Assembly: GCA_963664375.1 (NCBI GenBank)
Contig: OY761449.1
Location: 2,845,695 to 2,909,694 of the forward strand
Length of the DNA stretch: 64,000 nt
DNA from: Dehalococcoidia bacterium
Lineage (GTDB): Bacteria; Chloroflexota; Dehalococcoidia; Lucifugimonadales; UBA3495
Direction of reading: 5' to 3'
The notes below the pieces were generated by a model that ran no database searches, was not told the DNA's origin, and saw only the letters and a list, made by a program, of their open reading frames with translations. Positions 44,697 through 52,161 of the stretch are shown here, piece after piece. The position numbers were made by a program, and so were the translations under genes. Every line of letters begins with the position of its first letter. Within the stretch, counting starts at the first letter, position 1.

Positions 44697-45263
44697 CTAC
44701 TCCACGCGGGCCACGCTGCCCAGCAGGATGCGCTCGACCTCCGGCAGCAGGGCCTCGGCGCGCTCGCGGCATTCATCGTCCGAGAGGCTGGACAGGGGAT
44801 GGGGAGCAACGGCGTACTCGTAGTCCGGCACGCCCATCATGCGGGTCATGGCCTTGGCGGTGTTGTTGAAAACGTGGGTGATGATGGACGCGGTGGGCAG
44901 GCCCAGGCGCTCCATTTCGATTCCGTCGTGCACACTGCACGAGCTGCATGAGCCTCAATCACCCACCCCAGTGATCAGCACGTCCACGCCGTTGAGCATA
45001 TCCTCAACGACGTCCGGCTTGGTCGGAAGGGAGGCGGAATGCTTGTTGAACATACGGACTTCCTTCAGTCCGTGCCTTTCCTGCAACATGCGGCCCAGTT
45101 CGTTGAGAACCTTGTCGGAGTTGGCCTTGGAGTTTTCCAGCAATCCGAGGGTCTTGCCCTCCAGCGAGCTGGGGCGGTCGTTGAGCCGGAAATCCCCCAC
45201 CTGGAGTTCCAGGCCCGCGGGATTCACAAGCCTGACGTTCCTGACCATAACCGTGTCTGCCAT
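44697..45263 (-). CDS. GrdB-like 'UGSC' protein with an in-frame TGA (44957-44955) in a U-x-x-C-x-x-C motif (candidate selenoprotein)
   Basis: Track ORFs 44955..45263 and 44697..44933 are in one frame, separated only by TGA plus 7 codons: ...VDVLITGVGD-TGA-GSCSSCSVHDGIEMERLGLPTASI.... AGGAGG lies 9 nt before ATG 45263. Total length is 188 codons. Confidence 0.75.
44926..44942 (-). promoter_or_regulatory. SECIS-like hairpin 3' of TGA 44957
   Basis: In the mRNA, UCGUGCA-GUG-UGCACGA is a perfect 7-bp stem starting 12 nt after the UGA. Confidence 0.5.
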
Positions 45264-45296
45264 GATGACACCTCCTGTAAGCTGTAAGTTCGCGGT

Positions 45297-45668
45297 TTAT
45301 CCAGTTATCCGTTCATCTACCGGAATCTGCCGTATACGGCCGTCGCGCCCTCCGGTGATGACTTTCGCCACGTAACGCGCTCTGCCCCCGACGGTGTCCT
45401 GATTTAGCCCGGAGGAGATTTCTCGGCGGTCCCGCCGACTCATCGAATCCATGGCGTTGATGATCAGTTCGCGGCCTTTTTGAATATTCTCGGTGTTCGG
45501 GTTCAACAATATTTGCTCGGCCAGGGCTTCCCTCTCTGTGTCGCCTTCGAGCTTGAGTTGCAGATTTCGCTCCGCGATGTGTTTTGTGACCACGGAGCGC
45601 ACCGAAATCAACAGGCCGACGGCGGCCAGAACCAAGGCCGCCCAAGTGAGCATCTCTCTCAATTCCAT
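45297..45668 (-). CDS. single-TM protein of unknown function
   Basis: ATG 45668 gives MELREMLTWAALVLAAVGLLISV followed by a charged soluble part. It starts 1 nt after the upstream stop, in an AT-richer stretch. Confidence 0.4.
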   Translation of the reverse strand: MELREMLTWAALVLAAVGLLISVRSVVTKHIAERNLQLKLEGDTEREALAEQILLNPNTENIQKGRELIINAMDSMSRRDRREISSGLNQDTVGGRARYVAKVITGGRDGRIRQIPVDERITG

Positions 45669-45669
45669 T

Positions 45670-46080
45670 TCAGTCGCTCTCGTCATTGCCGAATCGCAGG
45701 AAAGGGCGGCTGTCAGCGATGTGGCGATTGTAACGCTCACAAGCATGAAGTCCAAATACCACCATGATTACGGCGATGGCTATCACGCCGCTGCCCGTAA
45801 GGGATTTGCCTTCCGAGGCAGCGAACCCAAAGGCAACGGCCAAGATTATGCTTAACGGTATAGCCAGTCCGAAAAGAGCTATGTTCCTGGACGACAACCC
45901 TATGGTAATTGTATACATTGAGGCCGCCAGTGTCACCGTCTGATCGCTGACGGTTTGGGTTTCCCACAATTCCAGAACCAGGGGAAGCAGGGGAAGCAGC
46001 AGGTGCAACAGGATAGAGAGAAAGAAGTTCTCCCATTTTTTCGGCAAGGACGGAATACGGTGTCCTGTGGAGGGTTTCAC
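45670..46080 (-). CDS. about 4-TM membrane protein of unknown function
   Basis: The track ORF (to 46404) overlaps the upstream gene. GTG 46080 is the first plausible start after that gene's stop (46107). The hydrophobic segments are FFLSILLHLLLPLLPLVL, IALFGLAIPLSIILAVAFGF and VIAIAVIMVVFGL. Confidence 0.4.
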   Translation of the reverse strand: MKPSTGHRIPSLPKKWENFFLSILLHLLLPLLPLVLELWETQTVSDQTVTLAASMYTITIGLSSRNIALFGLAIPLSIILAVAFGFAASEGKSLTGSGVIAIAVIMVVFGLHACERYNRHIADSRPFLRFGNDESD

Positions 46081-46106
46081 TGCTGCGTCCCTGAAGCTCG
46101 CGTCGC

Positions 46107-47144
46107 TTACCCTGCCACCTCGATCTTTCGCGTGCGAATCTGGTAGTTGGTGGTGTCGATGATGGCGCTGTTGCGGCCGCCGGTGCCGCCGCCCATCACG
46201 ATGATGATGTCCTCCGGTTCGCGGGAGCAGCGGCGCAGGATCTGGTCGTCGCCCTCGCGCTCCGGCCCCTGCGCCACACCCAAGCGGATGAGCTCGGCCT
46301 GGGGGCGGGCGGCGTGCTCCATCAGGTAGTCCTGGATGCCTCGCCGCGTCCAGCCGTCGTCGCCCAGCGTGATGGCGTGCTCCGGACCGAACACCAGGGC
46401 CCACTGGGCAGGGAAGCGCCAGGCCAGACTGGCGCTCTTGAGCGTGTCCGCGACCGACGCAAGGATGACCTCGCCGGTCTGCCCGTAGGCGTTGTTGACC
46501 GTGATGGGGTTGTAGGCCACGGCGATGGTGACGGTGCTGTCCCCAGCCTGAAACCCGCGGCTGACGTGCAGCGGCTCCCAGGGCGAGTCCTCTTCGTTTT
46601 CGGCGAAGGTGAGCGTGTACTTGCTGGGGTTGCCCAATGTGCCCCTGTCGAGGATTCCCGGGCGGGCCTCAAAGCCGTTCATAAAGCAGAGGCGCACCGC
46701 TCGCCCGATACAGGCGTTGGCGCGGTTGCCGGGGCCGAAGATGCCGTCGCGGGAGTTCATCTCCAGGGTGTGGCGGATGGGGCCGTTGACGATCATCAGA
46801 ATGGCCGGGGAACTGGTGGACGACGCGGCCATGTTGACGTAGTTCTTTTCCTCGTCCAGCGTCCGCAACGCGGTGGTCAGGACGGGAAAGTACTCGGGCA
46901 GGCACCCGGCCATGACGGCGTTGGCCGCGGCGTTCTCCGACGTGAGCACGCGGCGGCGCATGTCGAAGGTAATGATCTCCTCCTCGCCGGTCATGCCGGA
47001 AAGCTCCAGCATCTCCCGCACCTTGTACTCCACCGGCGGCACCACCGGCAGGCCGTCGCTCCACCCCAGCCGGTAGCATTCCTCGATGATTTCCACGGTG
47101 TCGCTGGTTTCAATGATGCGGGAACTCTGCGCGTCTGTGGTCAT
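46107..47144 (-). CDS. conserved hypothetical protein (345 aa), first gene of the UGSC unit
   Basis: ATG 47144 (MTTDAQSS) has GAGGA 8 nt upstream. GC and codon use look native, and no motif was recognised (GWSDGLPVVPPVEYKVREML...AVMAGCLPEYFPV...NGPIRH...GPGNRANACIGRAVRL). Confidence 0.6.
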   Translation of the reverse strand: MTTDAQSSRIIETSDTVEIIEECYRLGWSDGLPVVPPVEYKVREMLELSGMTGEEEIITFDMRRRVLTSENAAANAVMAGCLPEYFPVLTTALRTLDEEKNYVNMAASSTSSPAILMIVNGPIRHTLEMNSRDGIFGPGNRANACIGRAVRLCFMNGFEARPGILDRGTLGNPSKYTLTFAENEEDSPWEPLHVSRGFQAGDSTVTIAVAYNPITVNNAYGQTGEVILASVADTLKSASLAWRFPAQWALVFGPEHAITLGDDGWTRRGIQDYLMEHAARPQAELIRLGVAQGPEREGDDQILRRCSREPEDIIIVMGGGTGGRNSAIIDTTNYQIRTRKIEVAG

Positions 47145-47504
47145 AATTTCATCCTCTTGCAGGTCTTTGGCGGCGCAGTCCGCGCAAAGAGAATCGCGGC
47201 GGGCCGAACCGCCGCGATTATAGCAGAGCTTGTACCGGAGACCGGCAAACGAGTGGGGTATCCCCAACCCAGCTAATTACCGGCGTCCAAGCCCGAAAAG
47301 GCTGGGATTTGGACTGTTAGGAGCAAGTCGCCACCCTTAGGGATATAGACTGATATACTGGACACAAGTTCAAGCGGTTGGAGATTTCACCCTCGCCTCC
47401 GCTTTCACCGGGGCAGACTTTATCTTTTCAAAAGGTGGATGAAAAGGTTCACAATCGCTCTCAATGCGCGGCTTTTAGCCCGGACTGAAAGAGGATACAG
47501 AGAA

Positions 47505-47939
47505 ATGTTGAGAACGTGTCATTCCCAAGCAGGGGCAAGCCAGTGGGAGGCGGAAAACCCGGGCGTCCCGCACCCCTTGGACGTTGCCGCACGGCTGGAC
47601 GAACTCCGCGCTATGCAGGACGGCTGGCTCGACGGCGACGGGATCGCGCCCCCGCACGACGGCTTGGACTGGCTGGCCGGCACCTTCAGCCGCTGCTACT
47701 CCGGTACCGTCCCTTTGCCGCGCATCTATCCTACTGAAGAGGGCGGCGTCAGGATGGAATGGGACCACAACGCCAACGTCATCATCCTGGAAATCGACCT
47801 GAGCGCCCGCGCCGGAGACTGGCTCTGGTTCGACAGAAACTCGGACAGCTATCAAGAGCGCCGTCTTGACCTTGACGACATTGCCAACTGGCAATGGATG
47901 GCGTCTGAAATCGGAGACAAGATTTCTGAGCGGCAATGA
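47505..47939 (+). CDS. hypothetical protein (upstream partner of the two-gene module)
   Basis: The track ORF starts at 47439. ATG 47505 has GAGGA 9 nt upstream. Sequence: ...LRAMQDGWLDGDGIAPP...PRIYPTEEGGVRMEWDHNANVIILEIDL. Confidence 0.45.
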   Translation: MLRTCHSQAGASQWEAENPGVPHPLDVAARLDELRAMQDGWLDGDGIAPPHDGLDWLAGTFSRCYSGTVPLPRIYPTEEGGVRMEWDHNANVIILEIDLSARAGDWLWFDRNSDSYQERRLDLDDIANWQWMASEIGDKISERQ

Positions 47940-48319
47940 ACGAAACCACACTCCTTCACCGCCAGATACATCCGTCGTGGCTGCGGTATGACGGCGACCC
48001 CAACACCCAAGCCTTCAAGCCGACGCGGAAGGACAACGGTTTGCTCTCTTGCTACGACGGAGACTTGATAACGGCGGGAGATTCCTGGAAACACTACACA
48101 GGCCAACTGATGCTCAGTTCCGTAGGCGCAGTGTCGGTGACAGTGTCCGAATGTTTCGAGCAGGAACTGCCGGTTATCCCGGACCCCTCGCCTTTCCCCG
48201 AACACGTCCTCATAGATTTCAGGGGCTTAACACGGCGTGAAATCGAGCAAAAGGCGGACGCGCTCAAGAAGGCCGCCACTGCCCGCGGCTGGACATTCGG
48301 CCCGGTTGCCCAACCCTGA
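47936..48319 (+). CDS. hypothetical protein (downstream partner)
   Basis: 127 aa with an ATGA overlap to the upstream gene. Sequence: LHRQIHPSW...AFKPTRKDNGLLSCY...VSECFEQ. Confidence 0.45.
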   Translation: MNETTLLHRQIHPSWLRYDGDPNTQAFKPTRKDNGLLSCYDGDLITAGDSWKHYTGQLMLSSVGAVSVTVSECFEQELPVIPDPSPFPEHVLIDFRGLTRREIEQKADALKKAATARGWTFGPVAQP

Positions 48320-48486
48320 ACGCCGCCTGAACCGCCGGAGACGCAAGGGGTTGATCCCCGCGTCCATCGCTGGTGGGCCCTGCCCATGCACTTCTACCAT
48401 GCCGATGTTCTAGGTAATGGGGAATCACGCCCCGCCATAGGGAATGTCGTCAAATTGGCTTCCCGGAGGTGCAGCGGGTTCCTATC

Positions 48487-48667
48487 CGTCATTCCGCCTT
48501 CAGCCGGAATCCAGAATCATTGCAGCCCAATACCGTCTTTCTCTTGTTGGAAACGACTGGATTCCCGCTCCTGAGCTTGTCGAAGGGCGCGGGAATGACG
48601 GCATTTGGAGCAATACCAACGCACGCCGGGAATACCGGCAATTTCCGGCTTTCGCCGGGATGACGGG
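48487..48667. repeat. cluster of three hairpin-family units plus a 'gagcttgtcgaagggc' motif
   Basis: gtcattccgccttcagccggaatccaga, ctggattcccgctcctgagcttgtcgaagggcgcgggaatgacgg, tttccggctttcgccgggatgacggg. Confidence 0.8.
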
Positions 48668-48682
48668 ATATGACGCTACCCT

Positions 48683-49576
48683 CTAAACGTTGAGTCGCAG
48701 CTGGACGCCCGCCTTTTCCTCCTGGATGCGGGCTACGGCGTCGGAGTCCTCGGGGCCGTAGCCGCGGAACATGGCCTCTACGTGTCGCTGGTCTACCAGG
48801 TTGGAGAGGTCCATGGGGACGCCGTACTCGCGGCCCAGGTCGGTGGCCAGGCGCACGTCCTTGGCGGCCAGGGCGGTGGCGAAGCCGGGCTCGAAGTTGC
48901 CCTGGAACAGGAATCGGGAGAATTTTTCGGTCAGCCGACGGGAGCTGCCGGAACTGTGGGCTATTACGTCGGCCAGCGTCGCCAGGTCAACGCCCGCCTT
49001 GACGCCCAGCGTCAGGGCCTCGGACAGCAGCACGCCGATGCCCATGCTCATCAGGTTGTTGCAAATCTTGCAGACGGAGCCAGCGCCTATGTCGCCGCAG
49101 TAGACCACGTGGCTGCCGATGGCGCCCAAGGTGGACTCGAAACGGTCAAAGGTAGCGCGGTCGCCGCCGACCATCACGGCCAGGGTACCCGCCGCCGCGC
49201 CGTAGGTGCCGCCGCTGACCGGCGAGTCCAGCAGCGTCACGCCGCGGGCGGCGCATTCATGGTGCAGGTTCCGCACCACCGTCGGCGAGTTGGTGGAGAG
49301 GTCGAAGACTACCGTTCCGTCAGCGGCGCCCGCCAGGATTCCGTCCTCGCCCGCTATTACCGCCTCTACGTCCCTGGGAACGGGGAGGCTGGTTAGGACC
49401 GCGTCGTTGTCCGGGACGGCCGCCCTGGGACTGTCCGCCCATTCGGCGCCCATCTCCAGCAGGTTGGTTGCGGCCTCGCGACGCAGGTCGTGAACGGTTA
49501 GCCGGTGGCCGGCCTTGATCAGATTGGCGGCCATCGGATTGCCCATGTTGCCGGTTCCGATGAACCCTAGTTTCAT
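48683..49576 (-). CDS. NAD(P)-dependent 3-hydroxyisobutyrate/6-phosphogluconate dehydrogenase-family oxidoreductase
   Basis: ATG 49576 gives MKLGFIGTGNMGNPMAANL with GGAGAG upstream. The track ORF's extra 87 N-terminal codons only read through the tandem repeat. Confidence 0.8.
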   Translation of the reverse strand: MKLGFIGTGNMGNPMAANLIKAGHRLTVHDLRREAATNLLEMGAEWADSPRAAVPDNDAVLTSLPVPRDVEAVIAGEDGILAGAADGTVVFDLSTNSPTVVRNLHHECAARGVTLLDSPVSGGTYGAAAGTLAVMVGGDRATFDRFESTLGAIGSHVVYCGDIGAGSVCKICNNLMSMGIGVLLSEALTLGVKAGVDLATLADVIAHSSGSSRRLTEKFSRFLFQGNFEPGFATALAAKDVRLATDLGREYGVPMDLSNLVDQRHVEAMFRGYGPEDSDAVARIQEEKAGVQLRLNV

Positions 49577-50510
49577 CCTGCTCTCTCCTGTCTCCCGGTG
49601 TGCGTCCGTATTGTGGCCGTCCGGGACCACTGCCTCCTTGCGGGCGTCCGTATTGAGGCCGTCCGGAACCACTGTCTCCCGGTGGGCGTCCGTATTGAGG
49701 CCGTCCGGGGCCACTGTCTCCCGGTGACCGAGCGGGTTGAGGCCGTCCGGGACCACTGTCTGCTTGTGAGCGATCCGGTTGAGGCCGCCGCGAGTCGCCG
49801 GGTGTACCCCGTCCGCCCTGGGGCTGCCGGGGGGCATTGGCGGCGTCGGCGTTGCGGGGGCGGAGCCGCGGAGTGTCCTCGCCCAAGTCCTCGGGGCCGT
49901 AATCGCCGACGTTTTCGCGGCGGTACGGCGGCGCGTAGCCGCTGGGCGCAGCCCGGTTAGTTCCCTCTCCCTGCGAGGGAGGGTTAGGGTGGGCGCGTCC
50001 TTCCCCGCGGGCCGCCTGCTCGTCGAACGTCTCCTTGGCGATGCGGAAGGCGTTTACCGCGGCGGGCATCCCTCCGTAGAAAATCATCTGCGCGATGATC
50101 TCGGAGATTTCCTCCTGGGTAACGCCGATGTGCAGCGCGCCGGTAATGTGCCGCTTGATCATCTGGGGGCTGTGTCCCAGGACCACCAGCGCGGCGATGG
50201 TGCACAGGCTGCGGGTGCGCAGGTCGACGGCGGGGCGGTTGTAAATCTCGCCGTAGATTACCTGGTCCACCAACTGCATCACGTCGGGAGCAAGCTCCAT
50301 CATGGCGGCGGGCGGCTCAGGGTTGTTGTCCGGGCCGTAGTAGAGCATCCTGAATTCGGCGGCAGCCTCTTCCAGGTCTACTTCCTCCAGGACTAATTCG
50401 TACCCCTCGTCATCCCCTAAATCTCCGGCTTCCGCGTCGTCCTCGTCCGGGGGCTGATAGGGACGCAGATAGGGGTCATCCTCATCGTATTGAGTTGTCA
50501 CTGCCTTCAC
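49320..50510 (-). CDS. carboxymuconolactone decarboxylase (AhpD-like) domain protein with an uncertain 3' end
   Basis: The CMD core is DLRTRSLCTIAALVVLG...HITGALHIGVTQEEISEIIAQMIFYGGMPAAVNAF. After the domain the frame stays open through a REP unit and the 42-bp array, then 257 nt into the next gene. Confidence 0.55.
   Translation of the reverse strand: MKAVTTQYDEDDPYLRPYQPPDEDDAEAGDLGDDEGYELVLEEVDLEEAAAEFRMLYYGPDNNPEPPAAMMELAPDVMQLVDQVIYGEIYNRPAVDLRTRSLCTIAALVVLGHSPQMIKRHITGALHIGVTQEEISEIIAQMIFYGGMPAAVNAFRIAKETFDEQAARGEGRAHPNPPSQGEGTNRAAPSGYAPPYRRENVGDYGPEDLGEDTPRLRPRNADAANAPRQPQGGRGTPGDSRRPQPDRSQADSGPGRPQPARSPGDSGPGRPQYGRPPGDSGSGRPQYGRPQGGSGPGRPQYGRTPGDRREQDETRVHRNRQHGQSDGRQSDQGRPPANRSRPASRGRNQPAGDGRRMGGQSQGGRPGQRRGPNQPPRSQGRRGGNSGRGRNPGGRR
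49586..49800. repeat. 42-bp tandem repeat, about 5 copies
   Basis: The anchor ggccgtccgg recurs at 49615, 49657, 49699 and 49741, with a degenerate copy at 49783. The unit is about gcgtccgtattgaggccgtccggaaccactgtctcccggtgg. Confidence 0.85.
49959..49996 (+). repeat. REP-like unit inside the CMD-domain ORF
   Basis: agttccctctccctgcgagggagggttagggtgggcgc, translated in frame as ...AHPNPPSQGEGTN.... Confidence 0.8.
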
Positions 50511-50522
50511 CTTGCTGGGGTT

Positions 50523-50561
50523 TCACCCCCACCCTAACCCTCCCCCTGAGGGGGAGGGGAC
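50523..50561 (-). repeat. REP-like unit
   Basis: tcacccccaccctaaccctccccctgagggggaggggac. Confidence 0.9.
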
Positions 50562-50570
50562 TTGTCGTCC

Positions 50571-51407
50571 CTAGAGAATGTGCCAGTAGCGGCGGCCTTC
50601 CTTCCTGATTACGCGGCCGATGTGATCGTCTGGATGGAAGTGGCCGGCGGCGATCACGATGTTCTCGGTCTCGGCGCGGTCGAGGATACGCTCGCGGTTG
50701 CGCTGGCTGTCCTCTTTGTCGGTGTCCACGCCAGCGGTCCAGTCGGGGCGCTCCACCTGCACCTTGCTGTGCAGCAGGTCGCCGACGACCATGGCGCGCT
50801 CACCGTTGGATGTTATGTCGATAACCATGTGGCCGGGCGTGTGGCCCGACGCTGTGAGCATCTTGACCTCTCCGGTGATGGTGTGCTCGTCATCGACCAG
50901 GTCCATGGTTCCCATGCCCTCCAGGGGCACCACGCTGTTGGTGACCTGCGGGGCGCTGCCGATGACGTCGGGCTTGGTGAAATGCTCCCAGTCCAGCCGC
51001 GGCACCAGGTAGCGGGCCTTGGGGAATGTCGCCGCAGGCTGTTCGCCGGTATAGTCCACGTTCCAGCCCACGTGGTCGCCGTGCAGGTGCGTGTGGGCTA
51101 CCACGTCGATGTCCTCCGGGTTGACGCCCTTGAGCCGCAACTGGTTCACCAGGTCGCCGGTGCGGTTGCCGCGCTCCGGGTGCGGGCCGGGGCCCATGCC
51201 GGTGTCGACCATGATGGTCTTGCCTTCGGAGCGCAGAAAGAAATGCAGGTAGTAGAGCTGGAGCTGGCCGCACTCCAGGGCATGCTGATGGTCGGCCCAG
51301 TCGGGCTCCGCGGTGGTCGGGAACATCATCCACGGGTCGCGGGGCGGCGGCACCATGTCAAGCACCGCTACGATGTCAACGTTGCCGATGGTTATCTGGC
51401 CTGCCAT
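50571..51407 (-). CDS. MBL-fold metallo-hydrolase (paralog of 31364..32230)
   Basis: 278 aa with HTHLHGDHVGWN. GAGGAGG precedes the ATG. Confidence 0.8.
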   Translation of the reverse strand: MAGQITIGNVDIVAVLDMVPPPRDPWMMFPTTAEPDWADHQHALECGQLQLYYLHFFLRSEGKTIMVDTGMGPGPHPERGNRTGDLVNQLRLKGVNPEDIDVVAHTHLHGDHVGWNVDYTGEQPAATFPKARYLVPRLDWEHFTKPDVIGSAPQVTNSVVPLEGMGTMDLVDDEHTITGEVKMLTASGHTPGHMVIDITSNGERAMVVGDLLHSKVQVERPDWTAGVDTDKEDSQRNRERILDRAETENIVIAAGHFHPDDHIGRVIRKEGRRYWHIL

Positions 51408-51422
51408 GCCGGGCCTCCTCGT

Positions 51423-51935
51423 CTAGTACTGAATAAGGGATACGATGTCCCGCCCCTGGAGCTTGCTGCGCCCGTCCAGGAAAGCGAGTTCGATTACGAC
51501 GGCCAGTTTCACCACCTCACCGCCGCATGCCTCCACGAGCTGCGAGGCAGCCGACAGGGTGCCGCCGATGGCCAGCAGGTCGTCAATGACCAGGGCGCGC
51601 TGGCCCGGGGCGATGCCGTCGGAGTGGATTTCGAGGGTGTTGGAGCCGTATTCCAGGTCATACTCTACGGAGTGCGTATCGGAGGGAAGTTTGCCCGCCT
51701 TGCGAACCGGCACCAGCGGCTTGCCCAGTTGCCGAGCCAGCGGAGCGCCGAAAATGAAACCGCGGGACTCCACTGCGACGATGGCGTCGAAATCGGCGTC
51801 GCCGCACTTGCCCGCCAACTGGCCCAGCGCGTGATCGAACGCCTCCGGACTTGCCAGCAGGGGAGTGATGTCCCTGAAAATTATGCCCGGCTCCGGAAAG
51901 TCCGGGATGTCGCGTATGTAGTCTTTCAAATCCAT
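51423..51935 (-). CDS. apt: adenine phosphoribosyltransferase
   Basis: 170 aa: IRDIPDFPEPGIIFRDITPLL...ALVIDDLLAIGGT. Confidence 0.9.
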   Translation of the reverse strand: MDLKDYIRDIPDFPEPGIIFRDITPLLASPEAFDHALGQLAGKCGDADFDAIVAVESRGFIFGAPLARQLGKPLVPVRKAGKLPSDTHSVEYDLEYGSNTLEIHSDGIAPGQRALVIDDLLAIGGTLSAASQLVEACGGEVVKLAVVIELAFLDGRSKLQGRDIVSLIQY

Positions 51936-52126
51936 GACGGCAGGAATTCATCCATTTTCGTAGTCGGGCGCGCCTTCGGTCAGAAAAGCGCGGGCCTCCA
52001 AATACCGGCCAAATACCGGCGGGGAGCGCGGGCAGTGTATGTCACGCCCTATTTTCAGTCAACCCGAAACTGCCACGAGCGTCCTGACCGAATGGCTGAA
52101 CAAGCTGAAAAAGGTCTCATCACGGT

Positions 52127-52155
52127 TTGACTTACGTTCTTATGGTCAATATAAT
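52127..52155 (+). promoter_or_regulatory. consensus sigma70-type promoter
   Basis: TTGACT (52127-32), exactly 17 nt, then TATAAT (52150-55). Confidence 0.6.
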
Positions 52156-52161
52156 TGAGGG

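Noticed and set aside
19068-44957. The three in-frame TGAs could reflect a genetic code in which TGA is a sense codon (Trp or Gly, codes 4 or 25).
   Set aside because: TGA terminates many well-supported genes here at the expected protein length (ftsY 21570, YYY 23998, TIGR03663 26832, FAD oxidoreductase 29649, MBL 32228, thioesterase 9245, PHP 10428, mutS 35505). In addition, all three internal TGAs align with Cys positions, not with Trp or Gly.
49586-49800. The 42-bp tandem array could be a CRISPR array.
   Set aside because: The units are directly adjacent with no unique spacers, and no cas genes lie nearby. It is a simple tandem repeat.
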